Assembly (NCBI GenBank): GCA_013239625.1
Contig: MU053652.1
Location: 124,001 to 188,000, forward strand
DNA from: Lama guanicoe
Taxonomy: Eukaryota
Length of the DNA: 64,000 nucleotides
Reading direction: 5' to 3'
The notes under the pieces are model-generated. The model saw only the letters and a list, made by a program, of their open reading frames with translations. It had not been told where the DNA came from and did no database searches. Numbering within the stretch: position 1 is the stretch's first letter; each line of letters starts with the position of its first letter. Positions 26,411 to 39,838 of the stretch are shown here, piece by piece. A program made the translations under genes and the position numbers.

Positions 26411-26827
26411 TTTTCTATGTTAAAGTTGTGCGCTGCTGTTCCACTGGGATGTGGCTAGTTTTGTGACTCAATCAATATTATTCTAAAACTCTTTTTCACC
26501 ATATTTTTGGGGCCAAGAAACTAGAGAAGGGCTGTTTTCTGGACAAACTAGTACCTTATAGTCCCCTCTCCAGATTTATCAGAAAAGGCTCCTTATCCAA
26601 GGTTGCTCAACTGCCCCATCTCATCTGCTGAGTACAAATTAAAACTGTGTCAAACCAGGTAAAAAGTGAATACTGAGAGGGAATTAGTTCTACTGTTAAA
26701 AAAGAAGATGCTGGAAGGTTGTGATGTCTGGGTGGTTTTTTGTCTTTAATGGATACTTTTCTGTTTTTTCCTTTTATTCTCTGGTAAACGGGGAATATCT
26801 CCCTTGCACAAAAGTAAAGAAATATGA

Positions 26828-26863
26828 AGAAAAAGAAAAGAAAAAGAAAAAGAAAAAGAAAAA
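26828..26863. repeat. (GAAAAA)n simple repeat
   Basis: aagaaaaagaaaagaaaaagaaaaagaaaaagaaaaag. Confidence 0.8.
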
Positions 26864-27381
26864 GGGAGATCTGATCTAATAGCACACTTTCTGGTTCAGA
26901 GGGATGTCAGGGTTTATAGCTCCAGGCTCTGCTAAGGATGTGTCTTTGCTGCCCAGCCAGAGTCATTCACTCGTTCATTTGGTAGATATTCATTGAGTAT
27001 TTCTCATGAACTAGTGACTATGCTACACACTAGGTTTCCAGTGCTGGAAAGATTAGCATAGCCCCGCCTATATGGAGCCAACACAACAAGAAATAGGTGA
27101 ATAAAACACAGGGTTCTTAACCTTGAGGTCCCTCCAGTTTGGATACACTGACTACCCAAGAGGGTAAGTGCTGGGAGACAGGTAGGCAGAGGAGGTGTAA
27201 GAAGCCAAGGAGGGGCACCTGGGTTCATGGAAAGGTTCCTGGAGGACATAATGCCTGAACTTATATGGGAGATTTGTAAAACTTATGCAGGAGAATAAGG
27301 AGGGAAAAGGAAGTCCAGACAGAGGGACCAACACAAGCAAAGGCAGAGAGCTGGTACAAGAAGTTGGGGTAGTTTCTAGAG

Positions 27382-27600
27382 CAGTACTGTTTCAACTTTC
27401 TGTTCTATTCTGATGTTCTGACCATGGAAACGTTCTCTAAATCTATCCAAGATGGTAGCTGCAAGCCACATGTATCTACTGAGTACTTGAAATGTGGCTA
27501 ATGTGACCAAAGAACTGAATTCTCCATTTTATTTATTTTTAAATTCTTAAAATTTAAATAGCCACATGTGGCTAGTAGCTACCAAAATGGACGATGTAAT
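27382..27600. mobile_element. MER3-like hAT MITE (within L2)
   Basis: gccacatgtatctactgagtacttgaaatgtggctaatgtgacc...aatagccacatgtggctagtagctacc. Confidence 0.8.
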
Positions 27601-29549
27601 TCTAGAAGAAAAGATTAGGGGAGGGTTCACAGGAAGAGGACCATAGATCTGATGTCATGTTTTGGACCTTATTCTGTGGGCAACGGCAAGCCACGGAGGA
27701 ATGTTAGTCTGGAAATGATTAGTGGTCAGATTTGTGCAGCATTGGAGGGTACACAAAGCTTGGGGTGCCATACGAGCTTTTAAGAGGGAGTCTCAACTCA
27801 GGATAAGGTCAAGGGGAACTGCCTGAATAGGAGATTGCCCCTGAGCAGAATTAAAGAAATGAGCAGACGTTTGCCAGGTGTCTCTAAAGAGACAGAAATA
27901 ACAGATGCAAAGCAGCAAGGAGGGACAAAGGTGGTCAGCGCATGCTCAGAGAGGCCCAGCCAGGTGGTTTTCATAATCAAGGTCCCAGTGATGTAATGCA
28001 GAGTGTGAAATGAGGCTGGGAAGACAGGGGTTAAAGGGCCCTGGAAGGAAATGTGGATTTTTTTCCCCCTATAACAATAAAGAGATCAAGGAAGTCTTTT
28101 AGACAGGGAAGTGAGACTTAGGTATGTAAACCTGGGTTAACTATCAACCTCTCTGAGCTTCTATTTCATTGTTTGGGAATTTCAAAATTGAGGATACGAG
28201 ATCCGCCTCACGGACCTGTCTGTGTAAGGACTGCCCCCTTTCCTGCAGCAGAGTCGTTTCACAGAAATGCTAGTTTCCTAGACTCCCCCAGCTGCCTCGT
28301 CAACACTTGGCATCTCGGGATGTGCTGTGGCCTCCTTTCTCAGCTGTCACCACCACAGGCTTGATGCTAAGCCGACTAGAACTTCCTCTTCTCAAATCCA
28401 CCCACCCTCCTCTGTACCGCCCTCCACACTTTCATGAAATTGTGGGTGTTGGGGGTCTAGGGGAGAAAATGAATGCTGACTCTGTAAGAGTGACAAAAAG
28501 AGTATGTGTATCCTTACAGGGTTTGTTAATAACAGAAAGCCAAAATTTTTATTTTCAACAAAACTCAGACTATCACATTGGTGCCTCAGGGGAAACGGTT
28601 GATACTGCCTCGGGGTTGTTTTGATTTGTCATGAGAGAACCGCCTTCCCTCACCTTTTCCCTAAAAACCAAGCTGAAGTGAATGGGGTAGTTTTGTTAAA
28701 GATGGAATTTTCCAGGTCCACATTCTGAATCTTCCAGGTTCCACGTTCAGAGTATGACTATTCTCCAGCAGGAGATCAGGGACCAACTCTCCACTTTCCG
28801 AAGACATGATGCAACTCCCAGCAATCAGAGTGATGGGAGGAAAGCAAGATGCAAAAACCACACTTGGAAAAAACCTGTTGACACATCATCAAAAACTTGG
28901 AAAACACTCTGCATAGGAACAAGATTTCCTTGTATTAAAGAAGTGGGCAGGAACAGAAACTTTCTCTGCCTTGACCACTCTCTCCGTTACTGCTCACAGG
29001 GTCATTTATTCCTTATAAACCATCTGTCTAGGCTGGGGGAATAAAGTAGGGGGACCTGAGGTATCTTGGAGGAAACGAGTCCTGAACAAGCAGCTGTCCC
29101 GTGTTCAGACCCTCCTGAGGCTGTGCTGTGCACGTTGGGCTGAAGCTTGAAAAGCCCGTGTTCCAGTTATCTTCTCTGTCCTGTCAGAACTTCCTAAAAT
29201 CAGTGTGAAATGGAAGAGAAACTACTTTATGCTAAAAGTGTTGGAGAGTCAGACTATAGCTCTGCCAGAAAAATAAGCCCTGGGAGAATGAAATCTCAGG
29301 ACATAATCCGTAGTGGGAAAGCGTACGTTCGGATCCTGGCTCAGCCACTAACTGCCCACTAGCAGGTTATTCAACCTCCCTGAACTTCTGTTGCTTTATC
29401 TTGTCTGTAAAATGAAAAGGAAATAATACACCTCTCTCCTAGGGTCGTGGCAAAGTAATCGATGCTATAATGTAAGACATCTGGCAAAATGCCTAATACA
29501 GAACTGCTGTTCAATACTTGTCAGTTAGCTTAAAGCACAATTATCTTAA

Positions 29550-30060
29550 TTATCTTAATTTGTTCATCCAACGGGTATATACTGAGTGCTACTATCTATG
29601 TACCTGGCACTGTTCTTGTCGCTGGAGGTGCACACAAAGTCCGTGGCTTCCCCCAAGTTTACTATCTAGAGGAAGACACAGAAAATAAAAAACAGATCTA
29701 TGAAAAGGTAATTACCATCATGCTAGATAATGGTAAAATGAAGAAAATAAAGCAGGGTAGGGCCAGATAGAATGTTAGGGAATGCTATTTTATATGGTGG
29801 TCAAGGAAGTTCTCTCTGAGGAAGTAACATTTTAGCACGAAACTGAATGAAATGAGGGAGAAAGCCATGGATATACCTGGGGGAAGAGCATTTCAGGCAG
29901 AGGGAAGGGCAAGTGCAAAGGCCCTGGGGCAGGTGTGTGCTCAGCATCCTGCAGGAACAGCAAAGAGTCCAGAGTGCCTGGAGAGCAGTTGCACAGGGAC
30001 AAGTGGTAGATGAGTGGAAGAGAGGTACCAGGGGCTGGGTTACAGCTTAGAGTGTTCTGA
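29550..30060 (-). mobile_element. L2 3' end
   Basis: tactgagtgcctactat...ggcactgttc...ctgggggaagagcatttcaggcagagggaagggcaagtgcaaaggccctg. Confidence 0.75.
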
Positions 30061-31601
30061 GAAGTTTTGGTGGTTTCATGTGTGTTTATACTGTCTCTCT
30101 GATAAAACTGAGAACCTCATGGGTCAGTGGAGCAGAGGAGTTACGACTCTGGCCTCTTAATCAGACAGATCTGGGTGTTAGCTGAGCTCATAACTTTATA
30201 TCACCTTGGAAAAGTCTTAATCTCTCTAAGCCTCAATTTCCTCCTCTGGAAGATGGAGATCTTAATAGTGCTTATGTGTATCTTATTGGATTTTTATGAC
30301 GATTAAATGAGATAATTTGGGAAAGGTGCCCGGCATTGAGTAAGTGTTCCACATGGTGGCTATTATTTTTGAGGGCAGCAGAACCACGTTCAGCACTTTT
30401 CCTTTATCAATCAACAGATACCTGTTAAGATCTTGCCATCACAAGGGCAAGCCTGGTGATGTACAATCTCACACTTCCTAGCATCGTGTTGACCACATTA
30501 ACTAGAGTCCTCATGAATTCTGTAGCCTTACAAAACAGCAGTAACTTTCTAACCCAGCAATCAGCTGACTGACAACTCTATTCAGAACCCAGGAACTAGA
30601 AAGAAAACAAAATGTGTCTTTGAATTCCCCAAACACCTGTCAGAAAGATTATGCCCTAAAGCTATAAGCTTGAATCATGGAGAGCTCTCCATTTCTAATT
30701 TGTTTTTAAACCCAATCACATGCTCAGTCAGTCGGGTTTCTCAGCTTACAGAGAGTTGGAAGGGAGAGTGGCCAAAGGCCAACACGCTTAAGGTATAGAG
30801 AGCAACAGTGCAAAAGATAAAATTAAAGCTATAAAAAGCAGGGAGGAGAACGCAGAAAAGGAATATGGGAATGTATTCACTCACTCCTTCATTCATTTAT
30901 TCAATCATTCATTCACTCAACAAATATTTATGGGTGACTGTTGTAGGCTACGCACTATTGTTGGGAGCTGCGTACACAAAAGTGGCGAGAACCTCACAGC
31001 TTACAAAGATAGGCAAGGAAACGATTTCAACAGTGTGTTAAGTGACAGGCCAGGGTGAGCACGGGACACTAGAGGGCGCTGGAGGAGCATGGATCAGTCT
31101 TCATCTGGCCCAGATCATTTCCTGGAGAAAATCGGAGGCTATTTAGTATCAGGGCACTCAGGCCATGGTTCATCCAGTGACTCAGAATCACCACACTGCA
31201 ATAATGGATGCTCAAAACCTCGATGTTCACTGCGCCAGATAACGATAGGCAATGTTCCCTGTATTCTATTTGATAAAGCAGGGAATAACATGAAGATTTC
31301 CATTAAAAACTATTTCAGTACAATTTTCAGTTCTAAAATTGATGCGCTATCTGGAAATTTTTGTTTAGTTGGGATCTGGCCCTTGTGGCACTAACATTTA
31401 TTTCCTAATGACATTAGATCTAAGAGGAATTATTCTTAGGCTGTAGTTTTCAGACAATGTATGAGGTATACTATATCACATTTTGTCTCATACATAAATA
31501 TTAAATAAAGTATCTGCTTTTTTTAAACTATCTGGTTGTAGGGAAAAGGCTCAGGAAGAAGTACCCTAGCTATGGGAGTCCTATGAAAGCTTGGCACTAT
31601 T

Positions 31602-32359
31602 TTTTTTTCATTTTTTTTTATTGTGGTAAAAGGGTAAATAATATTTTAATGCAATGTTTTTAAAAAGCAAAATCAATGCAGAAAAATCCACAGTGAATGA
31701 ACTGTCACAGTTTTAAATACAGTAAGACGAATGAGGTGAATATGCAAATTCAGGGTTGGATCCTGAGAGGTTTTTGGTGTATAATTGACATACAGTATTA
31801 TTAGTTTCAGGTGTTCAGTGAAGTGATTTTTTTTTTATGGTGATTCATTTGTGTACATTAAGAAATGATCACCACAATAGGTCTGGTTGCCATCTGTCAG
31901 CATACAAAGTTAATACAATATTATTGACTGTATTCCCCATGCTGTACTAGACGTTTGCATGACTTACTGATTTTGTAACTGGAAGCTTGTACTTTTTGAT
32001 CCTCTTCATCTGTGTCAGCCCCACTCTCTCCCATCCAACTTCTCTCCCCTTTGGAAACCATCAGTCTGTTCTCTATATCTATGAGTCTGGGTTTTGTTTT
32101 GTTTTGTATGTTTGTTTCTCTTGGTTTTTTAGATTCCACATGTAAGTGAAATCACGTGGGAGTTGTCTCTCTCTCTCTCTCTGATTTATTTCACTTAGCA
32201 TAATACCCTTGATATCCATCTATGTTGTCAAAAATGGCAAGGTTTTATTCTTTTTTATGGCTGAGTAGTGTTCCGCTGTGTATATAAACAACATCTTTAT
32301 CCATTTGTCCATTGATGGGTATTTAGGTTGCTTGACTATTGTAAATAATGCTGCACTGA
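31602..32359 (-). mobile_element. L1 (L1MA-like) 3' fragment 31771-32359 plus ~170-bp extra segment, enclosed by a 17-bp TSD
   Basis: TSD GAAAGCTTGG(C/T)ACTATT at 31585-31601 and 32360-32376; poly-T at ~31600-31619. Confidence 0.8.
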
Positions 32360-33097
32360 GAAAGCTTGGTACTATTAATGCTACAATTTTGAATCTAAAA
32401 CATGAGTCAGTGAGATAACTTGACTATGTTTCATAGCTAAGGCATTACCAGTTGTCCACTTCTTTGGTTTATTCAGAAATACATGCCATTGATATTCAGT
32501 GGAGTGCTGTTTGCAAAATATTGGAAACAACCTAAAGATCCAACAACAGAGACCTGGTTAAATAAAAGACAACACATCCATAAATGAAATATTATATAGT
32601 CGTTAAAAAGAACAACGCAATGCTTATATGTTCCATATAAGACATATTGTTAAGGGGAAAAAAGTGATATATGAGTGGAAAAAACCCTACATATTTTGTT
32701 GTAAATGGAAGGATGCACAAAACATTAGTGACAATGGTGGTCTCAAAGTAGAGGTGCTAGGTGCCTGAGGTTCAGGAAAGGGAAGGAAATTCTTTTATAC
32801 TGGTATACTTTATGCTTTTGGAATTTTATACCATTTGCATGTATTACAAATTAAAAAATAAATCTACAAAAATGTTTTTAAATGAAGAAAAAGTAAGAAG
32901 TGTCATCAATCCCAAAGAAAGTCTGCTGGGGTAAGACAGTGGAGCAAATTGAACAGATGTCATGTGAGGGTTGGTCAAGGGCTGTCTCCTGGATCTGGCT
33001 CTGTCACTTAGGACATAATCTGATTAGGGGTAATAAGCCATCAGCATGCAGAAAGAATCTGACCCAAATCTCCATTCTTTAAAAATGTGAATTTGAA

Positions 33098-33782
33098 GGA
33101 CTTGAATGCATATTTCTCCAAAGAAAATATACAAATGGCCAGTGAGCACAAGAAAAGATGCTCAGTGTCACTAGTCACTAGTTAGAGAAATGCAAATCAA
33201 AACCACCATGAGACACCATCTCACGCCCGTTAAGATAGCTACTATTTAAAAAACAGAAAATCAGTGTTGGTAAGGGGACAGAAAAAAGAATAACAGCATT
33301 ACTGACATAGCCAAAAGGTGGAAGCAACTCAAAGGTCCATCAACCAATGAATGGATAAACCAAATGTGGTGTATACAGACAATGGAATATTATTCACCCT
33401 TGAAATAGAAGGAAATTGACAAGTGCTACAACATGGATGAATCTTGAGGACATTATGCTAAGTGAAATAATCCAGTTATAAAAAGACAAACACTGTATGA
33501 TTCCACTTCCATGAAGTATCTAGAGTAGTCAAATTCACAGAAGCAGAAACTAGAATGGGGGTTGCCAGGGGCTACAGGGAGGAAGGACAGCTGAATGATT
33601 GTTGAATGGGTACAGAGTTTCAGTTTTGCCAGATGAAGAGAGTTCTGGGGATGAATGGTGGTGATGGTTGCACAACAACATAAATGCTTTTAATACCATC
33701 GAACTGTGCACTTAAAAATGGTTAAGATTTTAAATTGTATATTATATGCATGTAACATACACACAGTTAAAAATAAAATTTA
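33098..33782 (+). mobile_element. L1MB-like 3' fragment with TSD
   Basis: catatttctccaaagaaaatatacaaatggcc...cacttaaaaatggttaag; TSD AAAAAT(G/T)TGAATTTGAA at 33081-33097 and 33783-33799, preceded by TTT (L1 endonuclease site). Confidence 0.85.
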
Positions 33783-34627
33783 AAAAATTTGAATTTGAAT
33801 GTATCCAGACACAGTTTACACATTCCGAGCCCCCAACAAACTCACGTTTTGCAGTCAGTTTCACACTTACCTTGAAAATCGGTTTCACATTTACCTTGCC
33901 TGCCTGGCCCCACATGCATTCAAACTTGTGAGACTTAGCAAATGTATTTAAACTTTTTGACCCTCCGCTTTTCTCGTAGGAATAATAATCTCCATTTAGC
34001 TCACATAATTAATGGAGGGGTAGATAGGCTCTGTGGGGAAGCATTTATAAACTGAAATATTCACTGAGATTTGCTGTGTTCACCCCCAGGAATAGCAGAT
34101 CAAAGCACGTTTCAGCCTGTGGGTTAGTAACATAGCTTAATATCTGAGGCGGGGAAAAGGGGACGGAACCAGGGGTAGGAAAATCAGAACTGAATGACCC
34201 CATGGGTTCATTTTATCCCTTTAAAATATTATTAATTATCCCAGCAGGAGAGGGTGGAAGCCCAGTAAGTAACTTTGAGATGCGTCACAGTCACACTCAG
34301 AAAACTTGATTCTCTGACGTCATTCTTTTCCTGGATGTGGTTTAACAGTATCTTTTCCCTCATAGTTAGATTTGCCAGCTCAGTTCAATAATGCAATTTA
34401 ACAAAAGCCAATTCAGCAGCAGTGAAGGAAGCGGTGAGGCCCACAGAGCAGGCAGACGTGGTTCTTGCCGTCAGGAGCTCGCCCGCAGCCCCAGGCACTA
34501 AGGGCGACTTCTTCAGAGCTTTGTCCTGCTTAGTAGTTTCTCCCATAGCAGGTCCATTTGCAGCCCCTCACCTGTTTGTGTATGGGGGCTTCTTAAATGG
34601 GACCTGGTTTTTCCAAAGGTCCTTCGT

Positions 34628-35075
34628 CCTCCCTCCCTGTGTTCCTCCATCCTTCTGTCTTTCCGTCCCCCTGTCCCTCCATCCCTCTGTCTCTCCGTCC
34701 CCCTGTCCCTCCGTCCCTCTGTCCCTCCATCCCTCTGTCTCTCCGTCCCCCTGTCCCTCCGTCCCCCTGTCTCTCTATCCCTCTGTCTCTCCCTCCCCCT
34801 GTCCCTCCCTTCCCCCCTCCCTCCCTCCCTCCCTCTCTCCCNNNNNNNNNNNNNNNNNNNNNNNNNNNNNNNNNNNNNNNNNGTCCCTCCGTCCCTCTGT
34901 CCCTCCATCCCTCTGTCTCTCAGTTCCTCTGTCCCTCCGTTCCTCTGTCTCTCCGTCCCTCTGTCTCTCCGTCCCCCTGTCCCTCCATCCCCCTGTCCCT
35001 CCATCCCTCTGTCTCTCCATCCCTCTGTCCCTCCATCCCTCTGTCCCTCTGTCTCTCCATCCCTCTGTCTCCCCA
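34628..35075. repeat. Pyrimidine-rich minisatellite (~16-bp unit CCRTCCCYCTGTCYCT) containing an assembly gap (N at 34842-34882)
   Basis: Tandem units ccgtccccctgtccct / ccatccctctgtctct seen directly. Confidence 0.9.
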
Positions 35076-35973
35076 TTCCTTTCTTCCTTCCTTTTCACCT
35101 TCCAACCATACTCACTGAGCATTCTGTGCCATGATGTCATCTAGATGTGGGGGGTGCCGTGGCTAATAAGACAAAGTCCTTGACCTAATGCCACTAACAT
35201 TCTGGTCGAGAAGGCGTCCTTCCAGGCCAAAACTCTATGTGCCTTAACTATAGTACCCTGAAAAAGGTCATTTGTCTTTGGATAACATCCTTGAAGAAGC
35301 TAGATTACATAAATCTATCAACACATGGGGCCACTGCTTGAATCTGACGTATGAAACAAGTAACAGAAATATTTGACTTAATAAATAATACCCTACATAT
35401 ATTTATAGTGTGCCTTTCCTGTATATAGCTCCAAGCATCTCAAGATTTATGTGATAGAGAGGAGAAAATCATCTTCACGTGATAAATATGAAAATGAGTT
35501 AAGAAAAAATCAAGTGACAAATCTCCGTAGGTTGTCGACTTGAGGACACTTGTCAAGCAGTATCCCACAAGGAGCCATCTTACTTAATTTTTTGTCAACA
35601 ACGTGGTTAAGTGGATTTAATAAATGATTCAAAATATGTCTGAGTGGCTGGAGCTAGAAACAAAAATGGCTTTTAAAACAACCTTGACAGCTTTTTCCTG
35701 CTGACAACACAGGGGCAAAAATGATGAACATTCCCAAAGCGATAGGTCCTTCCTCCCAAGGAAAGTGAATTATGTGAAGGTTTAAACATGTTGAGCCCAG
35801 CTTCTGTCTAAGATATTACTGTTCAAAGATGCTAGAATTTTGAACTCAGAGGGGAAAGCAGAAAGAAGTCTGGGAGGTGAAGCTTTGCCTACACTTCATA
35901 ACTTTGGTTTTATGATGAAAAAACTAAAATATGAAAGTTGAAATGACTCAAAAAAACCCCCAAAACCGTGGGG

Positions 35974-36640
35974 TGTCCCAGTTGTCAATTTACAGCCTTC
36001 TGGCTCCAGATCCACCCCTCATGGCCCTGCTTGTGGTGCTGAGGCAGGATCCTCTGGTGACCTCTCCTCTGCCAGGTGGGGCAACGTGGACCTTTGTCAT
36101 GGACGGTGCTGCAGGAGCACTGAGGGGTAGGGGCTGGTCTTCCTGGTTCTGGTGTTTTTTCCTCTTTTCTTGTTCCCCTAGCCCATGGGGCATCCCGTGC
36201 ACTCACCTTGCTGAATTCAGTGCTACCCATACAGGTGGTTACCAGGACATTCTGCCGGAGCCCTAGCCAGCTTCCTAGAAAGTACATCGCCCCCAGCAGC
36301 GGTTCCCGAGGAGTTGGCCAGTGCCGCAGCTGGACTCCAGAGGGTGGTTCATAGCTAGTTTTATCAGTATTTTACTGAGCTTCTCTGCTGGCCAGAGGGC
36401 TATAGCCATGCCCTCTTCAGTAAAGCCTGAGATTCAGTTTGTGGGAGGAAAGGCCCTCTTCCAAATTTGTTCCTTCCTTGGGCAGCCTGCTTCAGTCCTA
36501 GGCAGTACTGCTATTCCTATAATCCTGGGAGTTTTTAACCCCTTATTGTGACTAACCCTCTGTTACTAATTAATAATTCCTTGTATTAAGCTTTTCTTGT
36601 TCACTCTGTGATTTCTGTTTCTTGACTGAGGACTTTGATG
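35974..36640 (+). mobile_element. ERVL-type LTR (LTR41-like)
   Basis: tgtcccagttgtcaatttacagccttctggctccagatccacccc... start; attaagcttttcttgttc...gtgatttctgtttcttgactg end. Confidence 0.45.
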
Positions 36641-36649
36641 AATCCACTG

Positions 36650-37090
36650 ACATCCAACAGAAATGTGTGTTTATGTTCACCAAAAGCTATGTACAAGAAA
36701 TTTCATAGGAGCACTATTCATAATAGCCAAAATGTCCATCACCAGGGGATAAAATGTGGTATATTTACACCAGGGAATGAGACACAGCGATGAGAATAAA
36801 TGAGCTACAAGTATATGCAACAACACAGATGAACAGACAAACAATGTCGAGTGAAAAAAGCAGAAACAAAAGAAAATATTCTGTATGATTCCATTTCTGT
36901 AAAGTCCAAAACCAGGCAAAACTAATCTCTGGTGCTAGAGATTAAGAAAACTGGTTATTCGTGGAGGGGATTAGTGATTGGAAGGGGGCACAGGATTCTT
37001 CTGGGGTGCTGGTAATGTTCTGTTTCCTGGCCAGGGTATTGGTTATCTATCACTGTTTATGCCAATTCATTGAGCAGTGCATTTTTGATG
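36650..37090 (+). mobile_element. Old L1 (L1ME/MC-like) 3' UTR
   Basis: tatgttcaccaaaag...gcactattcataatagccaaaa...ttctgtatgattccatt...ggcaaaactaatct. Confidence 0.7.
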
Positions 37091-37749
37091 TTTACATTTT
37101 AGAAATTAGTCAAGCTGGAAAATATTACATATTTATTGAATTTATGAGGTGTGAATTAATTGACTCAATAAAGTCAAGCTCATTCATTCATTCATTTAAC
37201 AAAAAGTATATGTACATATTGTATACTAGTTACAGTAATATAATGCTAAGGATCTAGAGATGAATTAGTTATTCTTGGTTCCTGTCTGCAAAGGGGCACT
37301 GTCTAAAGAGGGAGACCAACATGAAAATAAGTTAACTACAATACAATGTGATTGATTAATTATGGATGGAGTGCTGGAGATATAGAAGAGGGAGCCATGA
37401 ATTGTGCATTAGAAAGTTACACACGGAAAGGTGATGTCTAAGCAGAAGACCTTCCCCCTGCACAGTGTGGAAGTATCTACTTACTCCTCTGCCCTTCATT
37501 GCCATAGAAGATGAGCAGGAGTTGGCCAAAGAGAAAAGGATATTCAGAGCAGCCAGAACAGCATGTGCACAGATGTGACTTTTGAAAGTCACCATAAACT
37601 CACAGAACAGTGTTTAATGTGGCAGGAGTCCAAAATGGCAGAAGACAAAATCACAAATGTAAACCGAGGCTTGATTGGGCCATGTTTGTATGCCTTCTAC
37701 AGAGTGTGAATTTTACACAAGGGGCCAAGAAACATTGAATACCTAAGTC

Positions 37750-38230
37750 TTCAAAGATGCCCTTCCCCACTTACACAGCTGATGCCTTTGTTAGTTCCCT
37801 CCCATAATGAATCTGAGTTGACCAATGGAACCACCAGAATTTGGTGTAAGTGACACTGTGTGACTTCTCAGACCACTACAGCTTCTGCCTTGATTTCTTG
37901 GAAGGCTTGTTCTAGGGGGAGCCAGTCGTTCTGTAAGAAGTCCGCCTATCCTGAGTCCACAATATTGTGAGCAAGCCCAGCCAAAGAGAGACGACGAAGA
38001 GAGAGCTGTTCATCAGCCCAATCAAGCCTTCAGGTGACTCCAGCCTCAGGTGACATCTGACCACAACTGCATTAGAAACCCCAACAGAGAACAGACTAGC
38101 TGCGTGTTGAACACTGTCAACAAAAAGAACTGTGAGAGAGAGACGAAATCTTTTTGTTCTATCCTACAATTTCGAATCATCACATATTGGGGTGGTTTGT
38201 TATACAGTACTAGGTGGATAACTGGAACAC
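37750..38230 (+). mobile_element. MLT1-family MaLR LTR nested in L2
   Basis: gtgacactgtgtgacttct...cttctgccttg...catctgaccacaactgcattagaaacccc...ggggtggtttgttatacag...gataactggaaca. Confidence 0.65.
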
Positions 38231-39219
38231 ACATCCTGGAATAGTAGTGTGACAAGAAGAGTTTGAGTTTGTTTTTGGAAACAGCGTAGAGACAGTATGG
38301 AGGATGGGTTGAAGAAGGCAGAGGCTGAAGGTACCAAGACAAGTTAGGAGGCCTTCACAAGAGGATAAGTGGACGTCGATGGAAACTGAAAGGAGAGGCT
38401 GGAATCCAGAGGTACTTGTGAGGCAGACCTGACAGGATAGAGAGATAAAATAAATATGTGACAGAAAAGGAAAGAAGACTGAGTGTCTTTCAGGGTTTTG
38501 CCCGAGGAGAATAGGTGGTGGATAACGTCCTTACTTAAAATAAGGGCCTGTTTGAGAGGGCATATAATGAACTATGTATATGCCGATGTTGAGGGGTGTA
38601 CAAGGATATATTGGTGAGAATGTTAAATAGGCCATTGGAAACTTTGACTTAAGGCATACAGGAGATTGGGGTTGTGTGTATGCATACACGTAAGATCACA
38701 GCTACATACAGTGATGGTTGAAGTTATGGAGAAGAGCTCTTCAATATAAAATGTTCAGGGCAACAAGAGGAGGGGACAGATGACAAAACTTAGAAAGAAC
38801 TCAGTGGGCAGAGGAGAAAGACCCAAAAAGAAAACTGAAAAAAGATAAATCAGAGAAGTAGAAAGAGAAACAGGAGACTCATGTCTCATAAGCAGAGGGA
38901 CAGAAGAATGTCAAGAAGAATTGTCAAAAGCCACTGCAAGATCAAGAAAGATGTGGTGTATAGCTTTGACAACTAAGAGGTCATTAGGACTCTGAATGAG
39001 ACTACTTCCAATAATCTGGCTTTGATCAGGGTAACAAGCAGAGACTATGAATATAGATTACTCTTTAATGACATTCAACATTAAAGTGAAGGAGAAGGAC
39101 AAGTTAGTTTGGGCAAGACTGTAGGTTATGGAGAAAGAGGAGCCTGGTTGGCTGGTTGGCTCACACCAAGCCAGTGGAAGGGGTAGGAAAGAAAAGTCTT
39201 CAGAGTCAGCTGTTTTACA

Positions 39220-39350
39220 GGCATCTGCTCTTCAAAGTGTGTTCGACAGATCAGTAGCATCACCAACACCTGGGAACTTATTAAAACCTCGGCCCCACCG
39301 CAGGTCTAGGGAATCATAACCTGCCTTTTAACAAGATCCCTCGGTGATCA
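39220..39350. mobile_element. MER5A-like fragment
   Basis: tcttcaaagtgtg...agcatcaccaacacctgggaacttatta...cttttaacaagatccctcggtgatc. Confidence 0.65.
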
Positions 39351-39712
39351 CAGCTTTTAATGCTCACAACAACCAGGTAAGATAGGCATTATTGTTCCCA
39401 TCTTCACCTATGATGAGATGGAGATTCAAAGAAGTTGCCTGAGATAGTCCAGCTGATTAGAGGCTGAGCCAAGATTCATCCCCAAACTTCCTAAGTCCGA
39501 TGTTATTTTAAAAGGTAGAGAAGGAAATTTGGAGGAATTTCTACCTTCCCTCAATTCAGGAGAACTTTCAGATACTAGAACACCTGTAATGATCAATTAA
39601 TCACAAGTCTGTAGTTCTAGTGCCTTCAGCTGTGAGCTTGTTGTGCTAATGTTGGACGAATCCCTTCCAAAGCCCTTAGAGGCCTCTTAAGAAATAACAT
39701 TTACAGTGTTGG

Positions 39713-39737
39713 GACTTCACTTCCCAGCAAGCCCCGC
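39713..39737 (+). promoter_or_regulatory. ZNF143/THAP11 (SBS)-like motif
   Basis: GACTTCACTTCCCAGCAAGCCCCGC resembles the ACTACAnnTCCCAnnATGC consensus. Confidence 0.6.
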
Positions 39738-39838
39738 GGCTTCCTGCCGCGCGAGGCATGACGGGTACCTCGCCCCTTTCCTCTCCGGTGGGGCCGCCCG
39801 GCAGAAGGAGGGCACCTCTCAGCCTGACGTACGGGCGC

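Noticed and set aside
34422..35144. Long ORFs (240, 187, 173 and 121 aa) on both strands
   Set aside because: Artefacts of a stop-free minisatellite spanning an N gap; low-complexity translations
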